From Dictyostelium discoideum (Eukaryota), in contig CM000153.2 of assembly GCA_000004695.1 (NCBI GenBank), forward strand, positions 2,304,001-2,368,000: a DNA stretch of 64,000 nucleotides. Direction: 5' to 3'. The translations under genes and the position numbers were made by a program. Positions 27,053-39,825 of the stretch are shown piece after piece (the stretch's first letter is position 1; the number at the start of each line of letters is the position of its first letter). The notes beneath the pieces were generated by a model. It was not told where the DNA came from, made no database searches, and saw nothing but the letters and a program-made list of their open reading frames with translations.

Positions 27053-27828
27053 TAAAAATAAAAAAAAAAAAAAAACAAAAAAAATAAAATAATATTGATA
27101 ATTATTGATTCGGTTTCCCATGCATGATTTCTTTATAATTAATTTAATTTTTTTTTTTGGTTTGAATTATTTCATTTTCAAAAAATTAAGACGTTGAAAA
27201 GATATAAATCTTTTTTTTTTTTTTTTTTTTTTTTTTATTATTTTTTTATTTTTTTATTTTTATTTTTTTTATTTTTATTTTATTTTTTTTTTTATTTTTC
27301 AAAATTTTTTTTTTTTATTTTTAATTAAATTCCATTAATGTTTTTTCAGATTAAGATGAATTGAATTCAAAGAGTCAATTTTAATTATTTTTAATTTTTT
27401 TTTTTTCAACATGACCGTTGGAAATGAAATTAAACCGTACTGAGTCCTTTTCTAAATCTATTCAAATGAAAATGATTTTAATTGAATAGATTTTGTACAA
27501 TTTATTTATTTTTAATTTAATTTAATTTTTTTAAATATTTTCCATATCTCTGAGTCAAATATAAATAGGATTTTTTTTTCTTTTATTCATTTTTTTTTTC
27601 ACAATTACAAAATAATAGTTTCTTTATATAGTAATAAATAAAACAATAAAAAAGATAATTTGATAATTAAATAATAATAATAATTTTTTTTTTTAAACAA
27701 AATTAATAATAATTCCAAAAAAATTATCCAATATTTATTACATGTATAATAATAAAATTAATTATAAAATTGATAATAAAAAAATAAAATATATTTATAA
27801 AATTAAAATAAAATAAAATAAATTTAAA

Positions 27829-28149
27829 ATGAAAATGAAAAATTTTCTATCAAAATCTCTTTTAGTATTACTAATTGGTTTAATTGGAGTTAAAAGCGCT
27901 GATTTATCAGACTGTTTCTCTTCACGTTCAACTTGGTACGAAGCCATTCAACATGGAAATTGTGGTTATGAACAATTGACTGGAAAACTTGGACCTGGTA
28001 ATCTTATGATTGCCGCTGCTGCTACTGCACTTTATAATGGTTCTTTTGCTTGTGGTGAGTGTTATGAAATTTATGGACCAGGGGGTACTGGTAAAGTAAT
28101 GGTAAGTTTTTTTTTTTTTCCATTTTTTCCTTTTTTATTTCGACAAACT

Positions 28150-28184
<35 letters not shown>

Positions 28185-29137
28185 AGATTGTTGATCAATG
28201 TCCAGATCCAGGTTGGTGTGATACTCCATTCCCACATTTAGATTTAAGTCCAACAGCATTTAATACTACAATTGGTAGTACAGTTGGTGTTGCAATGACA
28301 ACAGTTAAAAAGGTTAGTTGTGATGTTACTGGTAATATTAAAGCCTATATGAAAGATGCAGCTACAACAAATACATGGTTTGAATTTATGGTATTTAATC
28401 ATAGAGTTGGTATTGCATCAATTTCAGTTGAGGATTCAAAGGGTACCATTACATCACTTCCAAGAAGATTATACAATTATTGGACATACAATGGTAATGC
28501 AGCCAGTTTCCCAGTGATTGCACATGTTTATTCAATCTATGGTGACCAAGTTGATATCTATCTCACCTCATCAGCTGGTGCTCAATTATATGAAGGTGTT
28601 GGCCAATTTGCAGATCCAGCAACTACATTTGCCGATGATTGTACAGCTCCATTCCCAGTTGACACCGATGGTTACATCTATGATAATGGTTTAGTTAAAC
28701 CATTGAATTATAATCATCCAAATTTAGGTTGGTCCGATTGGTCAAATGGAGTAACCGTCAATTGGGCAGATTCTTCAACACCAGGTGCTGATTCAACTTC
28801 AAAGGTTGTTGCAAGTGGTACACTCGCCTATAATACAGGTATTCAAATTGGTACTGATTTACCAGTAGAATGGGAAGGTAGATTCACCGCTTTGGAATTT
28901 TACATTAAAGCTGATAAAGATTTCACTGGTTTAGTTGTCGAATATAATGGTGCTTCAAAATCTCAAACACCATCACTCACAACTACTTGGACAAAATACA
29001 CTTATGATCTAACCAAGGATTTAGGTGCACCTGCTTCACTCGGTAAACCAGCTGCTCTTAAATTTAGAAATAATGGTTCAGGTTCTGTTAAAGTTTATTT
29101 AGATAAAATACGTTTAACTCCAGTTGCCTCTAGTTAA
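27829..29137 (+). CDS. expl: Expansin-like secreted protein (DPBB domain plus C-terminal expansin/CBM-like domain), two exons: join(27829..28101,28187..29137)
   Basis: Signal peptide MKMKNFLSKSLLVLLIGLIGVKSA. Expansin family-45-like segment STWYE..GNCGYEQL..MIAAAATALYNGSFACGECYEIYGP..KVM|IVDQCPDPGWCDTPFPHLDLSPTAF. Intron donor ATG|GTAAGT 28102, acceptor aattAG 28185/6. Confidence 0.8.
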
Positions 29138-29235
29138 TTAATTATTAATGAAACTAAAAATAAAAATAAATAAAAAAATAAAAAATAAAAAAAATGATTT
29201 GAAAATGTACATAAAACTTTATATTTAAATAATTT

Positions 29236-30456
29236 TTATCTTCTTGTACTTCTTTGAGACATTCTTTGACTTTGTTGAGGTTCTTCCTCCTCTTCTTCAT
29301 CCTCTTCAATTGTGACTTGTTTTCTTAAATTACCTCTTTGTTGAGGTCTTTTTTGAACTCTTTGTTGAGATTCTTCTTCTTCATCTTCATTATTATTATT
29401 ATTATTATTATTGTTATTATTATTATTATTATTATTATTTTGATTATTATTTTGATTATTATTTTGATTAAATTGAGTATTTTTATTTGTTTTTGGAGTT
29501 CTACCTCTTGTTGAATTTACATTTTGAGGATCAAAAGTACCTTCATCTTTTTCTTTTTGTTCAATTTCTTTTAAGATAATGGAATCAGGTTCACTACCAT
29601 AAATATCAGAGATAGAATTTAGAATGAATCTTTTGGATGATTCAGTTGAAGATCTTTGACCCATTTCATAGACCCAAATGATTTGATTATCGACTACATT
29701 CTTTCTACGAGTTAGGTATTGCTCTCTACAGAATTTCTCTAATAATTTTTCAAGATCACCATAAACTGGATGAGGTTCATTCTGAGAGAAACCCAATACC
29801 GATAGGAATTGTAATAATTGTGGTGACTCAACATGACCATTTTCCAAAAATATGATTGATAATATAATTGTCAATAAAGTGAGATTCTCTTTTTGTATCA
29901 TTGATTCTCTGTTTTCAATTGGATCGATGCTATCCAATTGTCTCACTGCTTCATAGTCATTTAAATTCTTTAAGATATAAGTTGACGATTCTTTGCCTTT
30001 TTTCTTCAACTCTACAACTTCATAACCAAAGAATTCCTTTAAATATTCTCTACCAGCTTTATAAACAAAACCTTGTAAACTCTTATCTTTAAATCTTGCC
30101 AATATGATCTTATTAATTTCTGTCTTTGTAATTGGTACTTTCTTTCTATTTGAAAATAATAAAAGTCTAACATATTCATAAACTAATTTATAACGCTCTT
30201 CTTCTGTTAATTCTGATCTAGTTGTAGTTGTTGTTGTTGTTGTTGTGCTTGTTGAACTTTGTTGTGATTGTGTTGTTTTTCTTGGTGTTGCTCTTTTTCT
30301 CTTATTTCCAACTTCTTCTTCCTCTCCTTCACTAAATTCCTCAGGGCTCTCCTCTTCCTCCTCCTCCTCCTCCTCCTCCTCTTCAGATGACGATGATGAT
30401 ATTTCATCCCTTCTTGCAGGTTTACGTTGTTGTGATTGTTGTGATCTTCTTGACAT
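29236..30456 (-). CDS. MAGE-homology-domain protein (Nse3/MAGE family, likely SMC5/6-complex subunit) with acidic and N-rich tails, single exon
   Basis: Central region matches MAGE homology domain architecture (..EERYKLVYEYVRLLLFSNRKKVPITKTEINKIIL..QGFVYKAGREYLKEFFGYEVVEL.. then a winged-helix half ..LLTIILSIIFLENGHVESPQLLQFLSVLGF..YGDLEKLLEKFCREQYLTRRK..IIWVYEMGQRS). Confidence 0.65.
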   Translation of the reverse strand: MSRRSQQSQQRKPARRDEISSSSSEEEEEEEEEEEESPEEFSEGEEEEVGNKRKRATPRKTTQSQQSSTSTTTTTTTTTRSELTEEERYKLVYEYVRLLLFSNRKKVPITKTEINKIILARFKDKSLQGFVYKAGREYLKEFFGYEVVELKKKGKESSTYILKNLNDYEAVRQLDSIDPIENRESMIQKENLTLLTIILSIIFLENGHVESPQLLQFLSVLGFSQNEPHPVYGDLEKLLEKFCREQYLTRRKNVVDNQIIWVYEMGQRSSTESSKRFILNSISDIYGSEPDSIILKEIEQKEKDEGTFDPQNVNSTRGRTPKTNKNTQFNQNNNQNNNQNNNNNNNNNNNNNNNNNEDEEEESQQRVQKRPQQRGNLRKQVTIEEDEEEEEEPQQSQRMSQRSTRR

Positions 30457-30470
30457 ATTTAGAATTTTAA

Positions 30471-30473
30471 TAT

Positions 30474-30540
<67 letters not shown>

Positions 30541-30545
30541 TTTGT

Positions 30546-30576
<31 letters not shown>

Positions 30577-30600
30577 TTTTATTTATTTTATTTATTTTTA
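30471..30600. repeat. (TTTA)n microsatellite, about 30 units, in the divergent MAGE/SCP2 promoter region
   Basis: tttatttattta.. seen directly from ~30471 to ~30600, with rare G interruptions. Confidence 0.9.
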
Positions 30601-30841
30601 TTTTTTATTTTGTAAACGAAAGTAAAAATGAGATATCCATCGAAATCCAAAAATATAAATCAATTGCGCTACATGAAATTTGAATTTTTTTTTTTTTTTT
30701 TTATTTTATTTTTTATTGTTTTTTATTTTTTTTAATTTTTTAATTTTTAATTTTTTTTTTTTTTTATTTTTTTTTAATTTTTTAATTTTTTTTCATTATC
30801 TTTTTCTACACCCCCAACACACTATTTAAATATTAATTAAA

Positions 30842-31972
30842 ATGTCAAGTAAATTCTTTAATGACCTCGATGCCACCATTAAGAAAGATGGTACTTTAGC
30901 TCAAAAAATCAAAGGTATCTATCAATTTGATATCACTGAAAATGGTACTGTCAAACATTACTCTGTTGATTTGTAAGTTTTAAATCTTTACACTATTTAT
31001 ACTTTTTTTTTTTTTTCATTATTATTTCATTCGTTCGTTCGAGATCCTTTTTATTCAAATATCATTCGTTTTTTTTCTTTTATTTTTATTTTTTATTTTT
31101 TATATTTTTTTTTTTTTTTTTTAGTCACCACTTCTTTTAGTTCATCATCATCATCTCATCATCATCATCACATAATTCTTAATCAAAATTAAGATTAATT
31201 ACAAACATAATTATAGGATAAGATTAAATAAAAAAAAATTAAAAAAATAAAAATAAAAAACTAATTTTGAAAAATAATAATATTAAAGAAAAACTGCTCC
31301 AGGTTCATTCAAAGTTGGTAAACATGAAAAACCAGAATGTACTATTATTGTAAATGAAGAAGATTTCGTTCAAATTCTTGAAGGTAAATTATCTGAACAA
31401 ACTGTACGTAATAAAATTAATTATTTTAATAAATGATTATGTATATATACATATATTAATATATAAAATAAAAAAAAAAATAGGCATTCATGAAAAAGAA
31501 ATTAGCAATTAAAGGTAATATGGCATTAGCAATGAAATTCCGTTCAATTGTAAATGCTGTAAAGAATAACACAAAATCAGCACCAGCTCCAGCAGCAGCA
31601 ACTACCACTGCACCAGCAGCAGGTGGTCTTGATGATGGTACACTATTAGGTAAAGAATTTGAAAAATTATCAAAAACTGTTATTGCAAATCCAGACTTAG
31701 TTAAAAAGATCAATGGTGTATATCAATTTGATATTGATACCAAAAAATACACTGTCGACTTAAAGAATAATAAAGGTTCAGTTAGTGTTGGTCCAGCTCC
31801 AAAAGCTGATTGTACCATCACAATGAAGGAAGCAGATTTCCTCTCTTTAATGTCTGGTAAATTAAATGGCCAAACTGCCTTCACTAAAGGTTTATTAAAA
31901 ATCAAAGGTAATATGGGTTTAGCCATGAAATTAGGTCAAATCACAAAAGCTAAACCACAAGCTAAATTGTAA
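30842..31972 (+). CDS. Tandem sterol-carrier-protein-2 (SCP2) domain protein, three exons: join(30842..30972,31289..31403,31484..31972)
   Basis: Two SCP2 folds, each ending in the family signature (..AFMKKKLAIKGNMALAMKF.. and ..AFTKGLLKIKGNMGLAMKLGQI..), each preceded by GIYQFDI / GVYQFDI. Donors TT|GTAAGT (30973) and ACT|GTACGT (31404); acceptors AG 31287/8 and 31482/3. The frame is continuous. Confidence 0.75.
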
Positions 31973-32208
31973 ATAATCATGTTCCTAATAAATAAAAAAA
32001 AAAAAATTAAAAAAATTATAAAAATATATATACATATAAAATTCATTTATTTCTTTTTTTTTTTTTTTAATAAACTTAAAACATTGCAGAAAAAAAAAAA
32101 AATATGCATACCTACTATTTAACTTTTTTTTTTTTTTTTTTTTTTTTTTATAAATTAAATTAAATATATATATTTTTTTTTTTTTATTTTTTATTTTTTT
32201 CTTATTAT

Positions 32209-35112
32209 TTAAAAGTTATCTATATTATGAATTTTACCACCCATAAATACTGGTACAGTATTTGGACGTGGTTGGTTTCTCATAGTAGGAGTTCTTGAGA
32301 AACGATGGCCAAATTTCTTTACTAGTACAACTGTTAAAACTGTGGCTAATATAATAAAAGGTATACCAATACCAAGACATAGACCAAGTATTAGACCAAG
32401 TTTATTTTTATCATCTTTTTTAGGATTTCCATTTCCATTTCCACCATTTTGAATTGAATTTGGTCCAAATTGAGGATGGATACCATTGATATTATGAACT
32501 TGACATTTATTTGGTCTTTTAATGGTGATATTATTATAAACAGCAACACAACCTTTAGAATCAGAGATGTTTAAACTATAAATTCCATCAACCCAATAAG
32601 AGACATTTAAATAATGACCGTGTGAGATAGCACCCGATGATATTGTAAAATCATAATAACTACCATTGTATTGAGTACCACCAGTTGCAGTAATTGTCAT
32701 GTTGGCAAGGTTTGCTCTTGTACAATCAATACTTTCAATAAGGGTATCAGTGATTTGAATTCTTTTTGGTTGTGCCAAAGTTAAATTATTTGATACTGAA
32801 CCACAATACAAACTTTCACCTCTTGTTGATTTAATCTTTGCTTCAAGAATATATTTATCAGCTATTAAACCATTAAATTCCAAAGTTTTAATTTTATTAA
32901 TAAATGGTTGATGAACTTTACCTTTTGAATCTGTCAACTCGAAATCAATACCATCCATTGATGCAACTTTAATTGAACCTTTTGAACCAAAACATAGTGA
33001 TTTAATTACCTTTGGTTTAAGTTTTTCTTTAACTACCTTTGCAGAAGGTGGTGAATAAATATCGACACTTACAATTTGTGAACATACACCACCTTTAATT
33101 TCTGCCTTTATAACAATATTTAAATCACTTATATTCTCAATGGTACCCTCTGATGTTATATTATATTTTGTTGGTGTTACAATGTAATTGTATTTCTCTG
33201 GTTTGAAATTTACAATTTTAATTCTAGCATCCTTTGAATCTGCACATGTTAAATTTGTATATTCAATGATTGGTTTCTCAACTTTATCATTTGGAAGAAA
33301 CTCTTTTACTGAATAGGTACATTGATGTTTGAAAACGTCTTTACTTGTGGTGGTAATGTTAACAGTATAATTTTTATCACCATACAAGCCAGGAAAAACA
33401 CTTCCATCCTTAAGAATCACTGGTTTTTTACCATCTTCACTGTATAGAATATATTCATAACTGAAATCTGGATGTTTTAAATTTGTAAAATTGAAAACAC
33501 CTTGTGCAGCATTCAAGCATGCATGTGTTACATTAATAAACATTGGATTCTCTGGTGTAATAATCGAAATATTCTTTCTAACCATATCAGTTGAGTCATC
33601 AATTCCACTTAACCAATATTGTAGAATATAATCACCATCTTTTAAATTTTTTCTTATCAAAGATTTAGTTGCAGTTAATTGATCTTCCCATTTAATTTGG
33701 AAAACACCTGGTGGTGCAAGTATTTTAATTTCACCAGTACCTTTATCACCATAACAAGGATGTGTTACTTCAAATGAAACTCCAGGTATACTTCTACTTA
33801 ATTCATCAGATCCTGGTAAAGCATAAAACTAATCATAAATAAAAAATAAAAAATATAATTATATTTTGTTAATTTTGTTAATTCTAAAATTTTAAAATAA
33901 AATAAAATAAAACTTACAGTATCTAAACCTTTTGTTGCAAATGGTGCACAATAGTCAGTGGTATCACCATCTTTTGTTAATGAAATTGACTTTTCACTTC
34001 TTTCATTATAAAGTGTAAAGCCATCTTTTTTTGATACCATCCAATAGGTATTTCTTTTTTCTTGATCATAACGATATAATCTAACTGAGCAAGCATCAAG
34101 AACATTTAATCTTCCACCTTCAGTTTCTTCAAATTTTTGTAAACTTGAACTATGAGTAAATTTAACCAAAACATGTGCAGCACTATCATAAATATAAATA
34201 TATCTACTTGATGATGTGATTGGTTGAGAAATTACATCCTCTGGATTTGTAATATTAACTGGCATTGGTACATATGGATCATTCTTATGTATAACTTTAT
34301 TAATTTATTTTTAAAAATAAAATTAATATATGTATATATAAGTATATATTTTAAATTTAAATTAAATTATATACTTACTTTTTTTACAACCATCATGAAT
34401 TATTGGTTTAAGATAAACTTGATTTGCTTCTTTATAAGTTGCCCATATAAATGTATCATCAATACTAAGACTTAAATAATTATGAGATGAATCAACTTGA
34501 TAAAAATCAGGAACATTATTTAAATTATACATTGCTATAAAAGTATTACCATCTTGTAAACCTTTACCAAGGTAAGCAACACAACCATCATAAATTGAAG
34601 CTTTGATAACTTTAAAATAGTTTTTTTTTAAACCAGTTATAAGTTCATCTGTTTCTGATGATGATGAGGATGATGACTCAATTGGTTTTGGTGTTTTTGA
34701 TTTTGTTTTAATTGATGGTGTTGGCGTTGGTTTTGGTGTTTTTGATGTTGAATTTTCAAAAACAAAATTTGGAATTGGTATTTTTGGTGCTAATGTATAA
34801 AAATTATTTCCTGAAAAAGTTTTATCAGCTTGTTCAGGTTGAGTTTGATATTCACCAATTACATATATTTGTTCAGTTTTTGGATCCTTTATTACATTTC
34901 CAATTTTATTCTTTGTTTCTAAAAAAGGTTTAAATGTTTTTGAATAATCTAAAAAAAAAAGATTATAAAAAAAAAAAGTTAATAATATGAAATTTTATAT
35001 ATTATAGGCTTTTATTTAAAATTCACTTACCAGTATCAATTAAATTTCCATTTATAAATAATATATTATATAAAATAATTATAAAGAAAATTAATTGTGA
35101 TTTAGACCACAT
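32209..35112 (-). CDS. Type I transmembrane glycoprotein of unknown function, four exons: complement(join(32209..33828,33918..34294,34379..34948,35031..35112))
   Basis: Exon 1: signal peptide MWSKSQLIFFIIILYNILFINGNLIDT (donor G|GTAAGT). Exons 2-4 form a large ectodomain with many NxS/T sites and paired cysteines. A single C-terminal TM helix LGLILGLCLGIGIPFIILATVLTVVLV is followed by a short basic tail. All four splice junctions checked for phase (1,1,0). Confidence 0.6.
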
Positions 35113-35410
35113 TTTTTTTTATCTATTTTTTATTAATTACTATTATTAATAATTTTTTAATATTCTAATTTTAATAATAATTAATTTAATTAATATTAAT
35201 AAATTACTATTATTATTATTATTATCTTTTAAAAAAAAAAAAAAAAATTATTTGGTTTTAAAAAATAAAATAATTATTTGATTTTAAAAAAACAAAAAAA
35301 GTGTGTGCGGGAATGTTTTATTACTAAAAAAAACAAACAAATAAATAAAATAAATAAATATTATAATATTTTATAAAATATTTTTTAAAAAAAGAATGAA
35401 TAAATAAGAA

Positions 35411-35461
<51 letters not shown>

Positions 35462-35775
35462 TTTGTTTTAGAAAAAATAAAAAAAAAAAAAAGATGAATT
35501 ATGAATATTATAATTAGTTAAATTCTTTTAATTAAAAAAAACCAACTAATAATAAACGAGGACTTTTTTTGGAATTAATTGCTAAACGATTCCAAATTAT
35601 TTTAACAAAAAATCTTTTCTGAAAAAAGTTAAATTATATATATAAATAAAATTATTTTTTCCTTTTTTTTTTTAAAAAATTGATTTTCTTTTTTTTTTTT
35701 ATTATAAACACTTTTTGTTTAAAAAAAATTGATTAAAATAAAAATTTTAAAATAAATTGTTTAAAAAAATAAATA

Positions 35776-35808
<33 letters not shown>

Positions 35809-37053
35809 ATATAAAATACAAATAACACACAAAAACAGTGAATAATATTAATATGGTTTGTTCAAGTAAAAACAAAAAAAATGTTTTTAAATATTATATG
35901 TACATAATTGGGGTGAAATATAGTTGGTTTGGGTTAATTTAATTTATTTTTTTTTTAAAATCACACGCAAAAAAATATTTTCTTTAAATCAATCTAATTA
36001 TTTGTTTTAAAAAAAAAAAAAAAAGTGTGGTAATTTTTTATGTGCGAAAAAATTTATATAATTATAAAGGCGTTTAATAATTATTTAATATTTTTTTTTA
36101 AAAAATACTAGGATATCCAAATATGTTTATAAACTCTTTTTTTTTTAAAAAAAAAAAAAATTTCCCCACAATTAAGTAAATCGACCAATTATTTTTATTT
36201 GATTGACTATTTGGTACATACGATTGGATATTATTTTTTTTTTTTAGTAAAATAAAATATAAAAAAATAAAATTAAAAATAAAAAAAAAAAATAATATTC
36301 TTATTAACAATAATTTGAAATCTAAAAGTAAAATGAGGATTTTATTAACAACTAAAATGATGTTGTATGATGGTGATGTTGTTGGTTTTATAAAAAAATA
36401 TTGATGTTAATTTTTAATTATTATTTTTTTATTTTATTTTTTATTTTATTTTTTTTATTTTTTTTTTTATTTTAATAAAATCTATTAAAATTTTATTTTT
36501 ATACCTGAAAAAGAAATAATAAAAAATAAAATTTTACTTAGAGAAAAACAAAAAACTTAATTTGGTCTTTATACTATTTACACATAAAAAACAATAAAAA
36601 CCTAATAGATGGATTTTATTACACAAACTAATTTTAAAATAACAACACTTAAAATAATTATTATAATTTCTTACCACACAAATTCTTATTATTACAGAGC
36701 TCTAATTATAATTATACATTTAAAATTAAATATATTTTAAAAATAAAAAATAAAAAAAATAAAAAAATAAAAAAAAATATATTAATTTTTTTCCAATATT
36801 TTATTATTACCATACCTTGGTAATTTTAAAAATAACCCAAGAAAAAAAAACAAAAAGGTTGGTTCTTTGTTTGTTTTATTTTTACTAAAATGTTTTGTAT
36901 AAACCACACAACACAACCACAATATTTTATAAAAAAAAAATAAAAAAAAAAATAAATAAAAAAAATTTTCTGAATCAGGTAATTTACGAAAATTATTTAA
37001 TTTAAATAATTATTTTTAAGGGGGTTATTCAACATTTAATTTAATTTTAATTC

Positions 37054-37091
<38 letters not shown>

Positions 37092-37126
37092 CTTAATTAA
37101 ATTAAAAATAACGAAAGTGCTATAAA

Positions 37127-37157
<31 letters not shown>

Positions 37158-37415
37158 AAAAATTATCTTAATTTAATTAAAAGTAATTTTATAACTTATT
37201 TTGGGGTTTTTTTTGATTTGTAGAAATTTTTTAAAAAAAAAAAGTTTAAACAAAAAATAATTTAATTATACTACTTTTTTTTTTTTTTCCCTATTTAAAA
37301 AAACATTTTTAACTGAAAAAATGTATATTAATAAATTAATATAAATTCATTGTAAAATTAGTATTATTGTTTTTAGATTTATTAATGATAAACTACATTT
37401 TTTTATTTTATAAAA

Positions 37416-37459
<44 letters not shown>

Positions 37460-37605
37460 TATATGTAAAAGAGGAAAAAAATAAAAAATAAAAAATAAAA
37501 TACATATAATTAATGAATGGTATTGTTATTTTATTTATTTAATTTAATTTTAATTTTTTATATTGAATGGGGTTATTTATTTATGAGAGAGAGAGAGAGA
37601 GAGTA

Positions 37606-38988
37606 TTACAAATTATTTTTATTAAAAATTCTATTACTAACACTTGCAACATATATTGATACAGGTATTGATGAATCAGATTGAATGAATTGATAATCAG
37701 TATTTGCAGGTACAAATAAGATTGAACCTGTATGAAGATTATTTAAAGTTGATTGATTTGATTTGTTTTCAATTGATAAATTACCTGAATAAACCAAAAC
37801 TATTGAAGGACCTTTACTTGAGTATACATTTATATTTTTACAGCAATCATCTAAATGATAGTATTCCACTTGAAATTCGTCAACGGGTGGTTGATAACAA
37901 CGATAATTAGTTAAAGATAAATCGGGTCTTTGCTGTGGTACCACTAGATCAGGTCTCCCAGTTCTGTAGGTCAACATATCACCAAGGGTGTCTACATCCT
38001 TTAACTTTGGTGTTAACCCTGCTCTAACCACATTATCAGATGGTGCCATACATTCAACACAATCACCCGATATATATGCATGTGGTTCACCAGCACCTAA
38101 AAACAAAGCCTCACCAGGTTTCAATACAATATAATTTAAAATATATGCAAAGAATACCCCAACGTCACCTGGATATTGTGAATAAAGTTTCAAAACCAAT
38201 CTATCCAAATCATCTCTCTCCTCCTCCCTCTTTTCATTCAATCTATTATTTAATTCCTTTAAATTATTTGATATTAATAAACCATCTGCTTTTAATAATG
38301 ATGTTACAATACTCTTTAAATATTCTTTACAATCATCTAATTTTATTACTAAAAATATATGTAAATATATTAAATTAGTATATACATATACATATATACA
38401 TATATGCGTGTGTGTGTTAATAATAATAATTACAATTATTTGGTAAAGAATTTTTAAATTCTGGTATTGTGTCTATAAATGATTGAATTTCTGATAATGG
38501 TCTAAAACTACATAATGCTTCGAATGGAGTTGTTGCAATTGCAATCTCTGGTTTATGATATGGGTCTTTATAGATGTTTGGATACTTTTTAAATAAAACT
38601 TGTGCTAATTGTGAATCTGGATGTGCTTGAATTGAAAGTGCTGTTCTAATTGATAAAACTTTAAATAAAAATGGAAAATCATTACCAAATCTTTTTTCAA
38701 CAATTTCACCTCTAATTGATGATGATGATGATGATGATGTTGATGATTTTTCATTTATTTCTTTTTGTACTGTATCGATATATTCTCTTAATTTTAATTC
38801 TTTATTTTTATATTCAACTTTTGATGGCGCACTAACATGATCACCCATCCAAAGTTCTGCATATGGTATTGTTTCTTTTATAATATCACTACATTCTTTT
38901 GCATATCCTTTTAATAATTTTGCAACTGTACTATTTGAACCATATTTACCCCATTCATAATTTTGTGAAACACATTTTAATAATACAA

Positions 38989-39043
<55 letters not shown>

Positions 39044-39049
39044 TTCCAT
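37606..39049 (-). CDS. mpi: Mannose-6-phosphate isomerase (type I PMI) with N-terminal polyN tract, two exons: complement(join(37606..38348,38434..39049))
   Basis: PMI signatures: LKCVSQNYEWGKYG, YAELWMGDHVSAPS, FPFLFKVLSIRTALSIQAHPD, and in exon 2 GEPHAYISGDCVECMAPSDNVVRAGLTPK. Intron donor T|GTAATT (38433), acceptor tttAG 38350/49, phase 1. Confidence 0.85.
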
Positions 39050-39058
39050 TTTATAAAC

Positions 39059-39089
<31 letters not shown>

Positions 39090-39825
39090 AGATAGAAAAA
39101 GATAAATATATATGTATAATATTAATAATTATGAATGTGGGTGGGATAGTTTTTTTTTCTTTTTATATTTTTTTTTTTTTTTTTATTTTTTTTATTTTTA
39201 TTTTTAATTTTAACCCAAATTTTTAAAAAAAAAAAAAAAAAATCTTTAACAGGTAGGCAATCCAACTCATTTTTCAACTTTTTTTTTTTTTTTTTTTTTT
39301 GGATCAATTTAATTTCAATTTTATTTTATTTTTTTTTTTTTTTTTTAAACATATCGGCAGAAGTTCACCAAAAAATAAATATAAATATAAATCTATAAAC
39401 AAAATGGAAATAAAATAAAAAAATAAAAAAAATAATAATAAATTAATTACAAAGGTGATCCTAATTATTTTTTACTTTTATTTTATTTTTTGTTTTTTTA
39501 TTTTTATATTTTTTTTTAAGGTGTTCAGGCAAAATTTGAAATTTCATTAAAAAAAAAATAAAAAAAAAAAAATTAAAAAAAGTGAAAATAATAAAAAATT
39601 TCGTATTAATGTTGTCATTGGATACATAATCACTTTTTTTTTTTTTTTTTTTTTTTTAATTTTTTTTAAAAAAGACAAAAATAATAATAATCACACACTC
39701 ATACCACACTTTTTTTTTTATATTTTCTCAACACTTTTTTTTTTTTTTTTTTTTGTTTATTTATTTTATATACATATATATCTAAAAAAAAAAAAAAAAA
39801 TTTTGACTAAAAAAAAGAAATAAAA

